The notes beneath the pieces are model-generated. The model did not search any database. It was given only the letters and a program-made list of their open reading frames with translations, and was not told the origin of the DNA. A stretch of DNA of 64,000 nucleotides. Origin: Eledone cirrhosa. Lineage: Eukaryota. The translations under genes and the position numbers were made by a program. The stretch lies in assembly GCA_964016885.1 (NCBI GenBank), contig OZ024743.1, forward strand, positions 220,968,001 to 221,032,000, given 5' to 3'. Shown one piece after another: positions 43,149-58,200 of this stretch. Position 1 is the first letter of the stretch; each line of letters starts with the position of its first letter.

Positions 43149-44069
43149 TTGCCATTATATTGATATCAGTTTGATTTGTCATACGAAAGAAGTAAAAAAT
43201 TACATATCAATATCTGTCACCTTGTATTTACACTGTTGTGCTGAAAGGCATTTCACGAAATTGTGCCTTTTTGTATATATAAAATGTGTGTGTCTGCGCG
43301 CGTCTGTCTCTGTGTTTCTGTGTATGTGTGATTGTGTGTGTGTTTGTGTGTGATTGTGAATGTGTTTGTCCAGTAGCTCAAACTTGTGCTTTACAATGAT
43401 TAGATGGCTGCGTGTATATTTATTTATATATATATATATATATATACGTTCAATATGTCTGCATCTTTGTGTATGTGTATCGACAAAGAAATTGAGAGTA
43501 GGTAGAAAGTGTGTGGAACGATGTTTCTAAACTAACTATATATTGGTTTCCTAACAAATATGTTTGTCTTTGTCTTTCACCTCCTCTCCCAGCATCTCAT
43601 ATCCGAATCGCTCCTATCATCACTGTTATAGCCATCACCATCATAGAGTCTTATAACATTTATTTACTATAACCTTCACCTCGTCCTTCTATTTCTGCCC
43701 TAAGCTCCCATCACCATCAACAACATCAGATTTTTGACATTATTCACTACGGTCGGTGGATTGGCAATGTCGGACAGCATGCTTTGCAGCATAGGATTAC
43801 GGCCCTTTACGGCAATGATGGTATTTCGATATATATTTATATATATATATCAAAATACCATCATCTATAGAAGTAGAAGGAGTATGTTTATTATGAAGAG
43901 CAGCTTAGCTTGAATCAAAGTAGGAATAGGAGAGGAACAGAATACATGAAGAACAAGACTAGCAGTAAGAGAGTGCGATAAAAATGGTAGACTGAGAGAT
44001 TTTCTAGCCAGCTAGTCAGACTAGCACTGCTAATAGTAATCACAATATTATTTATTATTATTATAGAGT

Positions 44070-44380
44070 TACGGCACTTTACGTTCTGAGTTCAAATCCA
44101 GCCGAGGTTAACTTTGCCTTTCATCCTCACGGGGTCGATAAAATAAAGTAACAGTCACGCACTGGGGCCGATTTAATCGACTTTTCCCTCTCCCCAAATT
44201 GAGGCCTTGTGTCTATATAAGAAACTATTACGGCCCTTGCCATTCTGAGTTCAAATCCTGTCGAGGTTAACTTTGCCTTTCATCCTCAAGGGGTCGATAA
44301 AATAAAGTACCAGTCACCATTTAATCGACTTTCCCCATACCCCAAATTTGCTGGCCTTGTGCCTATATAAGAAACCATTA
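44070..44380 (+). mobile_element. Two tandem 5'-truncated SINE copies
   Basis: TTCTGAGTTCAAATCC...GGCCTTGTG...TATATAAGAAAC occurs twice. Confidence 0.8.
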
Positions 44381-44579
44381 TTCACTATGATCGTCGACAT
44401 AGTACGACGGACAGCACTACATCAACTAAGAATACGACTATGCACCACTATCATCATCAACAACTACACCTTTACTAACGTGAGTACAACCATTAACCCC
44501 CCCCCCCCCCATCACTCTTTAGAAGAATCTTTATTGACACCATTACAATCAGAAACAGCACCAAGATTAAGACCTCTAC

Positions 44580-45325
44580 TCTACCACTAACACACTCACC
44601 ATCGCTAACATCAACAACACCATTACCACTACCACCAGCAGCAGCACAACCAGCACCATAAGCACCGATACCACCAGAACCAGCATCACCACTATCACAA
44701 CTACACCATCTTACTAACAGCCAGGTCAACCAAAACCACCACCACCACCACCACTACCACCACAAACCGTCATCACCACCACTACCACCACCACCACCAC
44801 ACCACCACCACCACCACCACCACGAACATCAAATCCAGCACGAACACATCTATTATCACCACCACAATCAGCACTAACACCAACACCACAATCACCACTA
44901 CCACCATCAACACCACTACCGAAATCACCCCCATCGCCACCACCACCACCACCACGGCCAACAATGCCAATATGAACATCGCTGTCATCACCACCACAAT
45001 CACCACTAACACCATCACCATCACCATCAACACCACTACCGAAACCCCCGCCTTCACCACCAACACAATCACCACCAACACCAAAACCACCACTACCACC
45101 ACCACCATCAATGCCAATATGAACACCAATGTCAACACCACCACAATCACCACTAACACCAACACCACAATCACCACAAACCATCATCACCATCAACACC
45201 ACTACAGAAACCACCCCATCACCACCAAGCCTAAAAGCACCATCACCACGATCATCCATGCCAACACGAACACCACTGTCGTCTCCACCACAGTCACCAC
45301 TAACACCAACACCACCCACAGCATC
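44580..45325. repeat. (ACC)n-derived degenerate minisatellite
   Basis: Recurrent CACCACCACAATCACCACTAACACCAACACC. Confidence 0.85.
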
Positions 45326-45513
45326 CCCCCAAAACTATTAACATCTATATGAAATAGTGTTGTACCAGTAATAAATTAACAGGTAAAAAATATTCCCCAA
45401 TAAACCAGGTAAATCAAAGAGGAAACATAAAGGGAAGGATGACAACGAGATGTAATACAATAAACAAACAACACAAGGTAGCTTACTTCCTTTGCATCCC
45501 TACCTTACGTTAC

Positions 45514-45629
<116 letters not shown>

Positions 45630-45732
45630 TGTGGAACAATAACAGGATTCAACCAGAGTTATCATTGCCGAATACCCTATCCATTCATTACAGCACATTA
45701 TTACCAATCACGGGTGGCTTAATATGAGGTTC

Positions 45733-45776
<44 letters not shown>

Positions 45777-45953
45777 AAGGGAGATTGAGAGAGAGGGGGA
45801 TAGATAGAAAGAGAGAGAGAGAGAGAGAATGAGAGAGAGAGCTATAAAAGTGTTATGTATATATGAGTATGTATGTGTGCTGATATGTATAACAATACGT
45901 AAAAACATTTAAATGTTTCTGCATAAATACATACATACACACATACACACACA

Positions 45954-46009
<56 letters not shown>

Positions 46010-46016
46010 TATATAT

Positions 46017-46111
<95 letters not shown>

Positions 46112-46279
46112 TTTGTATTTACACGCCGCCATTCTATATGGAAAATGACAATAATTCCCTGCTGCCAATATAGTTGCATGAAATGCAGGTTGATGTTTTT
46201 TCTTTCGTCGATAATAGTAATGGCTGCTGTTGTTGATGTTATTTGTGCTGGTGGATGGGTGGGGTCGAGAGAATGTTGT

Positions 46280-47124
46280 AGCAGTGTTGGTAGTGGCGGT
46301 GGTGGTCGTGGTGGCGGTCATGGTGGCGGTCGTGGTGGCGGTGGTCGTGGTGGTCGTGGTCGTGGTAGTGGTGGTCGTGGTGGCGGTCGTGGTGGCGGTC
46401 GTGGTGGTGGTGGTAGTGGTGGTCGTGGTGGTCATGGTGGCGGTCGCGGTGGTGGTAGTGGTCGTGGTGGCGGTCGTGGTGGTGGTGGTGGTGGTGGTGG
46501 TGGTCGTGGTGGCGGTCGTGGTGGTGGTGGTGGTGGTGGTGGTCGTCGTCGTGGTGGCGGTCGTGGTGGCGGTCGTCGTGGCGGTCGTCGTGGTGGTGGT
46601 CGTGGTGGTGGTGGTGGTGGTGGTGGTGGTGGTGGTCGTGGTGGTGGCGGTCGTGGTGGTGGTGGTGGTAGTGGCGGTCGTCGTGGTGGCGGTCGTCGTG
46701 GCGGTTGTGGTGGTGGTGGTGGTGGTGGTGGTGGTGGTGGTCGTGGTGGTGGTCGTGGTGGTGGCGGTCGTGGTGGCGGTCGTGGTGGCGGTCGTGGTGG
46801 TGGTGGTGGTGGTGGTGGTGGTGGTGGTGGTGGCGGTCGTGGTGGCGGTCGTGGTGGTGGTCGTGGTGGTGGTAGTGGTGGTGGTGGTGGTGGTGGTGGT
46901 GGTGGCGGTCGTGGTGGCGGTCGTGGTGGTGGTGGTGGTGGTAGTGGCGGTCGTCGTGGTGGCGGTCGTGGTGGTGGTGGTGGTGGTAGTGGTGGTGGTG
47001 GTGGTGGTGGTGGTGGTTGCGGTTGTGATGGTGGCGATATTGTGGTGGCGTTTGGTGTGTTGGAGAAGCAAGCCGATGGTGTGGTAGTAGTAGTAGCAAC
47101 AGCATCATCATCATCATCATCATC

Positions 47125-47165
<41 letters not shown>

Positions 47166-47235
47166 CAGCAGCAGCAGTAGCAGCAGTAGCCGCAGCAGCA
47201 GTAGTAACAGTAGTAGTAGTAGTAGCAGCAGCAGC

Positions 47236-47267
<32 letters not shown>

Positions 47268-47289
47268 CAGCAGCAGCAGCGGCAGTAGC

Positions 47290-47330
<41 letters not shown>
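46280..47330. repeat. (GGT)n with GGC/CGT variants, followed by (AGT/AGC)n
   Basis: Direct reading. Confidence 0.95.
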
Positions 47331-47485
47331 AAGGTGTGGCATTGCATTTAGTTTCATTTCTGTATTGTTATTATTAATAATATCACCAGTATTATTTATT
47401 TATTTATTTGTTTACTTACAGGTAACTTTTTTTTCCTGCAATTTTCCGGTTATTTCGCTTAGTTGGATGATTTGGTTCCACATAC

Positions 47486-47591
<106 letters not shown>

Positions 47592-48263
47592 TGTGTGTAT
47601 GTATGTGTGTGTGTATGTGTTTGTGTGTATGTGTGTATGTATGTGTGTGTGTGTGTGTATGTGTGTATGTATGTGTGTGTGCGCGTGTGTGTGTGTGTGT
47701 ATGTGTGTGCGTGTGTATGTGTGTATGTGTGTGTGTATGTATGTGTGTATGTGTGTGTGTGTGTATGTATGTGTGTGTGTGTATGTATGTATGTGTGTAT
47801 GTGTGTATATATATATGTATGTGTGTGTATGTATATGTGTATGTGTGTGTGTGTATGTGTGTGTGTACGTGTGTGTGTGTGCATATGTGTGTGTCTGTAT
47901 ATGTATACGTTTACTTATATATCATTCCTCCCGTCTGTTATGCCATAAAATATCAGGCAGGATTCTATCATTATATTTTATTATTATATGTTTATCTATC
48001 ACAATTATAAAGTTAAAAGAATATACATAAACATGTAAAGAGATGAAGGGCTTCTAGCACTGAATTCTCAAGCCGTCAAATGGGTAAGAAAGACATAAGT
48101 GTATATATATATATATATATATATATATTGTATGTGTATCTATGTGTGTATTAGTATGTGTTTGTGTATGTGTATGTTTATACATATATACATATACACA
48201 CACACATATATTGTATGTGTATCTATGTGTTTATTAGTGTGCGTGTTTGTGTATGTGTATGTT

Positions 48264-48335
<72 letters not shown>

Positions 48336-48518
48336 AACCTACATCCATACATATATACTTTTTCTTTCATATAATTCATGTTATATATTATTCTACCTTG
48401 CCTTGCGGTTTATCTCGCTACCATTTCTACCCTTTTATTTTTCATAATGTTTTAAATTATTTTATATACATACATACATATACACATATATGTATGTATT
48501 CATATATATATATACACT

Positions 48519-48597
<79 letters not shown>

Positions 48598-48710
48598 TTA
48601 GATAGGTAGATAAATAGATAGATAGATAGATAAATAGTTAGATAGGTAGATAAATAGATAGTTAGATAGATAGAAAGATAGATAGATAGAAAGATAGATA
48701 GTTAGATAAA

Positions 48711-48964
48711 TTTCTATTTATTGCCACGAGGGCACATAAGAAGAGGAGAAATACAAGAGGGGGGGTACACAAAAGAACGAATAAAAAACAAATAACACAT
48801 ATAAAATTAACAACAAAGTCCTCAATAGGGAGCAGGCGTTTTGGGAGGCACCCCCCCCCCCCCGAAAAAGTGTGCAACCCTTCTCCTCAGCAGCACATAG
48901 AGAGACTGCTCCCTTGTTCTTCCATCTTGTTCACCTACAGGCTGATAAGGAGAGAAGACCCATT
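48711..48964 (-). mobile_element. Tx1/L1-like LINE 3' fragment
   Basis: Shares TTTATTGCCACGAGGGCAC and CCTACAGGCTGATAAGGAGAGAAGACCCAT with the other copies. Embedded in (GATA)n. Confidence 0.7.
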
Positions 48965-49374
48965 GATAAATAGATAGATAGATAGATTCATAGATAGATA
49001 GATAAATAAATAGATAGACATATAGATAGAGATAGATACATAGAAAGAGTAAATGTGGTGAATGGAAGGCGGGAAAAAATGGAGGTAAGAAAGTCCCTTG
49101 AAATGAATGCTTATAGTAACGGATCGATAACCAATAACAAAAATAATTTTAAAAATACAACTAAAAAGATATGTGATGTTGGTGAGTGTTTGCTGTATTA
49201 TTCTGATCGATAAATTGCATATCGCCCAAATAATAACTGTATAAGCTCGTGCTTTGTTGATTTCGATCTGGTATCAGCTTCGGCGTCCATCGAATCTATC
49301 ACTATTGATAGCAGATGGCGTAGATTCGTTGATTGGTTAGTTGGCCAGTTGTTTGGACATTTAGCCGGATGTAT

Positions 49375-49810
49375 TGGATGGATGGTTGGATGGTTGGGTG
49401 GTTGGATGGTTGGGTGGTTGGGTGGTTGGATGGTTGGTTGGATGGTTGGTTGGATGGTTGGTTGGATGGATGGTTTGATGGTTGGGTCGTTGTGTGGTTG
49501 GATGGTTGGTTGGATGGTTGGGTGGTTAGATGGTTGGATGGTTGGTTGGATGGTTGGGTGGTTGGATCGTTGGTTGGATGGTTGGTTGGATGGTTGGTTG
49601 GGTCGTTGTGTGGTTGGATGGCTGGTTGGATGGTTGGTTGGATGGTTGGATGGTTGGATGGTTGGTTGGATGGTTGGGTGTTTGGATGGATGGTTGGTTG
49701 GTTGGTTGGTTGGATGGTTGGTTGGGTGGTTGGATGGTTGGGTGGTAGGATGTTTAGGTGGTTGTGTGGTTGGATGCGTAGATGGTTGGATGGATGGATG
49801 GTTGGGTAGT
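49375..49810. repeat. (GGTT/GGAT)n tetranucleotide tract
   Basis: Direct reading. Confidence 0.95.
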
Positions 49811-50353
49811 TTGTGGTTTACGCTGTGTATGTAATGGTATATATATATTTTTTTATGTATCTATATATACATATGTGTGTGTGTGTGTATGTAAATATAT
49901 ATATATATATATATTCCTTCGCCTGATATAGGGGTTGCCTCCCTTGCCGATCCCCACGTGGGGTCAGTAATAGTCAGTCCTTGTATTAACATTGAACTAA
50001 AACCTTTTGAGAAAGTGGCTTCCTTGTTCAATCATCTTACCAGAAGCCTAACATTATTTATGTAAGCGGACAGTATTTGATTTAGGAGCCGCAGAAACCC
50101 AAATACTGGATTTTACCAACCTTCCAGGGGTCCGGGTAAATTTTCAATCACAGATATTTTTTATTTGTTTGACCCGAATTACTTGATCCTTTTTTTGGCT
50201 ATGAGAATGATTGTTTAACCATCGTCTCATTGTGTTTGGCCTTTAACGTTTATTAGAGCTCTGGTTCATCTAAATCATTGAGCACTTGCCACACATCTCG
50301 GAGGTTGTTTTTCGTTATTTCGTGGGCCGAAATACGATTCTCGATAATTTATA

Positions 50354-50399
<46 letters not shown>

Positions 50400-51044
50400 T
50401 ATATATGTATTCTTGCGGCACGTTTTTACCACCGTCGTAAAAAAAACCCTTCTGGATTATCTCCCTTTCCCTTCTCCTCCTCACTTTTGGTTGCCCGTGT
50501 CTCTCCCTCACTTTCCTCTGTCTATCTGATGCGGCAGCACGATTAAACCAGCTCTGAGTCGTAGCTGACCACCAGGCTAAAGTCTCCCAGGTTGGCCACA
50601 ACTTACTTTCCCTATTTTTCCACGGTTACTTTTTTGCATGTTTCTTTCACCTGTGTCTTCCCACGATGGGACCTGTACACATTTTTCTCCTATTCCATTC
50701 CTAATTTTTCCCCTTTTCTCTTCCCCCTTTCTTCCTCTCTCCTCATCTTCCCCCCTCCCCGGTTCTTCCTCCTTTCCCTCTCTTTCCTTTTCTCTCTCCT
50801 TTTTTCTCCCCTTGTTTTCTCTTTTTCTTTCTCCTTTCCCACCTGGCCTTTTGATTAATAAAAGGCCTCGGGCGCACCCGAGCTACACCGATGTCCTGTA
50901 ATTCAGCGCCGAAACATCGGTTCCGGAAACATTTACAGCTGACGATGGAAACCCCTTTCTTCCTTTCTCCTCCTGTTCCGCCCTAACCACCATCCTAAAC
51001 CTTGTTTTTAGTAACCACACAGCTCCTTTCGTTTCATAACTTTT

Positions 51045-51082
<38 letters not shown>

Positions 51083-51206
51083 TATGTAAAAGGTAAACAG
51101 AAATAACAACACAATTTCGGGTTGAATCGGAGGTAACCTCAGTAAGTAAGGTACGCAATACATAGCAGAGTATAAACGTTTTAATATAGAAGAGCTTCTA
51201 CAGGAC

Positions 51207-51240
51207 TAGAACTGTTTCATTCGTGAGAAATCATCAGCTC
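51207..51240 (-). ncRNA. Minimal hammerhead ribozyme, one arm of an inverted pair
   Basis: Minus strand: GAG-CTGATGA-TTTCTCACGAAT-GAAACAGTT-CTA. The facing plus-strand copy at 51242 lacks the A9 position (CTGATG-TTTC). Confidence 0.6.
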
Positions 51241-51286
51241 CCTGATGTTTCTCACGAATGAAACAGTTCTAGACCTGTAGAAACTC

Positions 51287-51340
<54 letters not shown>

Positions 51341-51479
51341 CACTTATTCTCCCTTCCCTCTCTCTTTCTACAGCTTCAAAGTACGTCGACCCACACCACC
51401 ACAATACTCGCCACCCCCTTCTAAATTATATTAGAAACAGGGTTTATTGACTTCGATCGAATCATATAACCACGTTGAA

Positions 51480-51492
51480 TGTATTTATCTAT

Positions 51493-51535
<43 letters not shown>

Positions 51536-52263
51536 TTTGTTTATTTGTTTATTTGTTTATTTATGTATTATCTCTTTATTTACTTATTTGTTTATCTGTT
51601 TATTCATGTTTTATCTCTTTATTTATTTATTTATTTATTTATTTGTTTATTTGTTTATTTATGTTTTATCTCTTTATTTATTTATTTATTTATTTATTTG
51701 TTTATTTGTTTATTTATGTATTATCTCTTTATTTATTTATTTATTTATTTATTTGTTTATCTGTTTATTCATGTATTATCTCTTTATTTATTTATTTATT
51801 TATTTATTTGTTTATTTGTTTATTTATGTATTATCTCTTTATTTATTTATTATGCTATCTATCTATTTTATCTCCTTATACATATATTTATTTAGTTGTG
51901 AAGATGTGGTTATGTGATGTTTGTGGTGGCGGTGGTGGCGGTGGCGTTCGTGGTGATGACGGCGGCGGTCGTCGTCATGATGATGATGGGGGTGGTGATG
52001 GTGGTATTGGTGGCGGAGGTGGTGGTGGTCGACGTCGTGATGATGATGATGGTGGTGGTGGTGGTGGTATTGGTGGCGGTGGTGGTGGTGGTCTCCGTCG
52101 TGATGATGATGATGGTGGTGGTGGTGGTGGTATTGGTGGCGGTTCGTCGTCGTGATGATGAAGATGGTGGCGGTGGTGGTATTAGTGGTGGTGGTCGACG
52201 TCGTGATGATGATGATGGTGGCGGTGGTGGTGGTATTGGTGGCGGTGGTGGTGGTGGTTGTCG

Positions 52264-52294
<31 letters not shown>

Positions 52295-52641
52295 GATGGT
52301 ATTGGTGGCGGTGGTGGTGGTCGTCGTCATGATGATGATAGTGGTGGTGGTGGAGGTGGTATTGGTGGCGGTGGTGGCGGTCGTCGTCGTGATGATGATG
52401 GTGGTGGTGGTGGTGGTGGTATTGGTGGCGGTGGTGGTGGTCGCGATGATGATGATGATGTTGGTGCTTGTGGTATTGGTGGTGGTTGTGGTGGTGGTGA
52501 TGGTGGTGGTGATGGTCGTGGTATTGGTGGTGGCGGCGGAGGTGGTGGTGGTATTGGTGGTGATGGTGCTGGTGTTGTTCGTGTTGATTTTGATGGTGGT
52601 GTTGTTGGTGGTATTGGTGGCGGTGGTGCTGGTGTTGTTCG

Positions 52642-52672
<31 letters not shown>

Positions 52673-52880
52673 AGCGGTGCTGGTGATGTTGGTGGTGGTG
52701 GTCATTCTTGTCATAATAACCACAGAGATGCTGACGTCGATAACAGTGACAATGGTGACGTCGAACGATGATAGTGATGTTAATAATGATGCTGATAATA
52801 AAGACAGTGATAATGATGATGATGATGATGATAGAGATTATTAATAATAACAACAACAATAATAGTAATAATAATTGTCA
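51480..52880. repeat. (ATTT)n higher-order tract followed by a (GGT/GAT)n minisatellite
   Basis: Direct reading. Confidence 0.9.
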
Positions 52881-53369
52881 TTACTTTTATTGTTGTTCTT
52901 TTTTCTCTTGCTATTATTGTCAGTATCATGAAAATGCCGATGGCGACGACGCTATCGGTACGAAGGTTGGAGAAAAGAAAATGTGACAATTTAAATGACA
53001 AAAACTAATAAAAACGAATACGTATGATTGTAATAGAAGAATTAGAAGCAGAGGAGAACATAGGATGTTGTTTGAAAGGATGGCGGGTGGAAGGAAAGGA
53101 AAAGGAGAGGGGTAAAAAGGGAGGTAAGAAGGGAAGAAGTTTACAAGAAGAACGAAAATGAATGATAATAAGATGATGGTATTTGAGATGATAGTTGATG
53201 AGAGGTAGTCTGACGATGTTTATTACGAAAACACAGGACGAAGAAGAATTTCCAACTGTATTTTCACACAATAACCTTTTCTTATTTTTCGTATATTTAT
53301 TTACGTATTTATTTTATTACAGATGAATCTTTGGAAACGCTTGCTAGTAGTTAGATATATTGTTTTTTT

Positions 53370-53413
<44 letters not shown>

Positions 53414-53439
53414 GTGTGTGTGTATATATATATGTATAT

Positions 53440-53591
<152 letters not shown>

Positions 53592-53672
53592 GTATATATA
53601 TATGTATATATATATATGTATATATATATATATGTATATATATATATTCATGTATATATATACATATGTGTG

Positions 53673-53709
<37 letters not shown>

Positions 53710-54763
53710 CTTTTAATTTTGTTTGCAAACATGGCAAGCATTAACATAGGTCAGCAAGCATTCTTTCATATTCACTCATAATCAATGACTTTCTATCCCT
53801 CGCTACACCACATTTCCCCTGAAAATATATCTCTAAGGCATATTGGCAATAATCGCTCATCTCTTCTGTATCGCGTTCTGTCGCTAACGCTAAAATTGCG
53901 ATCGGTTTAATATCTGAAAATCTTTTTATTTTTTATTTCTATCTTATTTTCATTCTTTTTTTTTTCTTTTCTTCTTACACTTTTGATCTTAACAAAGCTA
54001 GAGACACACTAACCTAGCTAAAATTAGCAGCCATATTATATTAAATACATATCTTTATACTACTGTATACCGTACCATACATAGTACTTTTTTGGATAAT
54101 TCTATTTATCTCGTTGAGAAGATAGAAATCCATCATGACAGACAATTGCATTATACTGATACATGTAGATAAATGAATAAATGAATGAATCAATGGATGG
54201 ACACATGTATAGTTGATAGATGATGAGGATTGATGGGTGTATGTAGAGGATGAATGGATGGATACATAGATGCCTGGCTAGCTGAATAGATAGAAGAATA
54301 GGTGTTTGGATGATTTATAGGATGGGAGGATGTCTGGGTGGATGGGTGGGCCAATGTATGGATAGAGACAGGGATGAATAAACAGAAGTATAGGTGATTG
54401 AATGACTTATAGGATGGATGTATGGAAGGAGGATGGATGTATGGAAGGAGAGATGGTAAAAAAAGATGAATGGATGTATAGGTGTATTATAAATAAATTG
54501 ATGAAAAGACAGATAAAGGGATGGATGGTTAGATAGTTGGATTGGAGAATATATAAAGAGAAGGATGTATGGGTAGATAGATGGTAAACATCAATAGATG
54601 CATGAATGTCCTGTTTTATTTCTTTATTGGCAGTTCCTCTCGTTTACTTATATTCATTTATTCGATCCCAGACGAAGAATAAACGCAATATATTCATGAC
54701 CCGAGGATGAACAATCTATTGTACAGCAAGTTATATCAGATTTCACTCATCCAAACTTGACTC

Positions 54764-54808
<45 letters not shown>

Positions 54809-55040
54809 TGTGCGTGCGCGCGTGTATGTGTGCGCGCGTGTGTAGTACCTAAACCTTGAAGCCGGGTGACCTTATGTTTAAGGTATTAGATTCCCGATCT
54901 AATACTCTAGACAAGGTTGTGAGCTCGATACACACATAAAACCATAGACACATTCAATCAGATATAGGGACGTAAATAAAGGTAAGACACACTAGATAAT
55001 GTAGAATTAGGTACGTTGTTTTTTAGTAAAAAATAGAAAT

Positions 55041-55261
55041 AATTGTTTCTTATACAGGCACAAGGCCAGCAATTTTGGGGGAGGGGAAAGTCGATTAAAT
55101 CGAACCCAGTGCGTGACTGGTACTTTATTTTATCGACCCCGTAAGGATGAAAGGCAAAGTTAACCTCGGAGGGATTTAAACTCAGACCATAAAGGGCCGT
55201 AACTCTTTGCTGCAAAGCATGGCGTCCGCCGACTCTCTACCGATACTGCCAATTCACCGCC
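55041..55261 (-). mobile_element. Near full-length tRNA-derived SINE (octopod type)
   Basis: Head GGCGGTGAATTGGCAG, B-box-like GAGTTTAAATCC, core AACTTTGCCTTTCATCCTTACGGGGTCGATAAAATAAAGTACCAG, tail GCTGGCCTTGTGCC...AGAAACAATT. Confidence 0.85.
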
Positions 55262-55574
55262 TATTGATAATTATTGATAATAATAATATTTAATGAAAGT
55301 TATAGTTTAATAATTACAATCTATTTATGAAAAATAAAAATTATTTATACCTGATTGAAGTACGAGAAACATTTCAATTTAATAATATATGGATCATTGC
55401 TGTGATGAACCGATTCAACATCTCTTACTTATTGCGGAATTGCATTGAACTTTAAACTTTGTTGGTAGAAATGTTTTCACCTCAAACGTTACCATATATA
55501 TATATATATATTATATACATAAATATATTTATTATATATATATATGTATTACATATGTGTGTGTGTGTGTGTAT

Positions 55575-55850
55575 CTAGGGCGGATAAAATTCCAGAGATC
55601 CATGGACGAATTCTCTCCAGAGCTCTCTGTCCCTCATCATCGATGCCATGTCCTGCGTCTCCAAGAGACCAGTGTCTGTCCTTAGGGCATCAACGTATAT
55701 CAACCTCAGTCTCCCTCTTCTAGTGCAGCGGCTCCCACAGGTGCACTGAATGCAATGTCAACACTGAATGTCGGTGAGCATGTCCAGCTAACCTCGGTCT
55801 TCTCTCTGCTACATTCGAACTGACTTTAGGGAGGCTCCCGTACAGCTCTG
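55575..55850 (-). mobile_element. RTE-clade LINE C-terminal remnant
   Basis: ELYGSLPKVSSNVAERRPRLAGHAHRH...LWEPLH, then a frameshift, then RRGRLRLIYVDALRTDTG...MRDRELWREFV...stop. Confidence 0.75.
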
Positions 55851-55880
55851 ATTATATAATAAATATATATATAATATATA

Positions 55881-55912
<32 letters not shown>

Positions 55913-56467
55913 CATACATATTCATGAACTGGCACTCTGTCGATTACGACGATGGGTGTTCTGGTTGATACTATGGACGGTATAGCTTGCTCATAGAATT
56001 AATATGCAAATGCCTGAGAATTCGAGACAAATGCGTTTGTTTTAGTAAGACGCTTCATTTTGCGTTGCATTTAGGACATGATAGGGCTAGCGCCTCGCCT
56101 CTCTCATTAAAACATAGGAGAAGGTTCTTATAAGATGCAACCTCGTAGGCGGCCAGCTGAATCCTCGTAGGCGGCCAGCTGAATTTGCATCGGTGCGAGC
56201 TGTGAATTTAATATTTGTTCATGCCAAGCACAGAAGTAAACGGAGGCTAAGTAATGTTTTATATTTATCGAGATATTTCCCTACCACATTTTATAAGCAA
56301 TCACTTGTTCCAATCATTGCTCCAGGGTCGATGGAATCATTAATCATATACACATAAGCAATTTGTTAGATAGGACTCAAGTCAATCCTCTATAAATCAG
56401 CCCCATGTGCAAAAGAGATGAAAAAGAACAGACACTATGTGTAGTACATTATGTATAATTCCATATG

Positions 56468-56621
<154 letters not shown>

Positions 56622-57659
56622 GTTTTGGTATGTTAACAACTGGATAAATTACACAATACTGAGGTAGAAGTAGAATATTTATATTTATTCAATCACTTAG
56701 ATTGCTCTCCCTTGCTACAACAAGTTTCACGGCTGCCTGCTGACCATAGAAATAGAAATAATATTTTACACGTCACAGTAAATATGGCAAGTATAATTGG
56801 TGTGGCTAATATAATAAACTAGATAGAATTGACACTTTTGGGGAAAGTCCTTTTTACTAAATGAATGTTTAGATATTAAGGAATATTAATTATATTCATA
56901 CTACCCCTTACACAACCGCCACCTGCTCCACCTCTCTCTATATATCTATCTATCTCTCATACACATACACACAAAGAGAGTTACATGTATACATATATAA
57001 TTATATATAATGGTTAGATACCGAAATAAAAATGTTGAGACATTATCTTAACCTTATAAGTGTTTCTATGAGAAGTAATATGTATGTATGAGCCTGTAGC
57101 TCTTGAGGGATCATAGTAGAACCGTATTGACACACGGCATTTCTAGGGCATTAAAAAAACCTGACATGGCCCATCTGCTCTCTAAATCTAATTTGAGCAG
57201 ATTTCTTCCACAGAAGGAAAGAAAATAAGAGAATTACAGTAAGAAAAAGATATAGAGGAAGAATCGATCACTGGTACTAGACTGGTACTTTATCGATCTT
57301 GGTGGATGAAAGGTAAAGTTGAACTCGGCTGGATTCGGACTGAGATGGCAAATAGCCGAAACGATGACCGCAAAGCATTTATCCGACATTCTCATGACTC
57401 TGCTAATTCACCGCATTTGAGAGGCGCAAAATGGTGAAAGATATCACTCACACTCCAATATTGATATATAGATATATCTAGATATTATAATATAAGCATT
57501 AACTCAAGAAATATGGCACTAAACTCAAATCCCTCTTTATCTTGTGTGAACATAAACTTCCTAAATTATATGAAATAAGAAATATCATTAAAAATAATTT
57601 CGGGTTATCAGAAAAACAACGTATCGCTATAATAGCAGTTAAATATGCTAAGTTTTAAA

Positions 57660-57830
57660 TGAGAACAACCTCTGGCATCCTGGGTCCCAGCATTGCTGAT
57701 TTTCTCCGTAAAATCAGAAACACGGCGGTCAGCTTGAGAAGAGAGCCCCTTGAAGTTGGGTGGCTGTTGCAGCGGTTGTGTGGCCATTCTCGGTGGTATC
57801 GCTTTTACCGTTTTGTCCGGAGGGCACGGC
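57660..57830 (+). mobile_element. CRE-like non-LTR retrotransposon endonuclease C-terminal remnant
   Basis: TSGILGPSIADFLRKI...REPLEVGWLLQRL, then a frameshift to VAILGGIAFTVLS. Resembles ET-x-G-x2-GP...FL...QRLS-x-A-x2-RGNA. Confidence 0.55.
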
Positions 57831-58200
57831 TGTGCAGCCAATTAGACTGGCGTGTAGTGACTGTCCTTCCCCCATCTCCATTTCTTTCGTTTCTTGATCC
57901 TTCTTTCTTTTGATCTTTTTCATTTTCTTTTTTCTCCCTCCAGTACAATCCGGCTATATTACTTGAAGCAATATTTGTTTTGTTGATGTTTTCTGGTTCC
58001 CAACGTCATTATATTTATATAAATGAAAGGCAGAAAGAGAAGGATATAAATAAAGAACCGATGAATAGGGATAACATTAGACCTAATATATAAGTAGTAA
58101 TTCTTTTTTAATAATGATATTCATAGCTAAACAAAATTACTATTAAATGCTTTCACTTTCTTTCTAATTATGCTTATACATGTGAATCAAATCCACATGC

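Noticed and set aside
45842-47377. 410-aa Gly/Arg-rich (RGG-like) ORF and poly-Thr/His/Val ORFs
   Set aside because: A trinucleotide repeat open in most frames on both strands, with no splice or domain context. The same applies to 8480-9406, 9869-10636, 44726-45352 and 51863-52859.
49375-49810. G-rich repeat as an interstitial telomere
   Set aside because: Units are GGTT/GGAT, not TTAGGG.
55170-55261. tRNA gene suggested by A/B-box-like motifs
   Set aside because: It is the head of a multi-copy SINE and I could not fold a cloverleaf.
56141-56184. Exact 22-bp tandem duplication CCTCGTAGGCGGCCAGCTGAAT
   Set aside because: Real, but an isolated slippage or repair duplication with no further structure.
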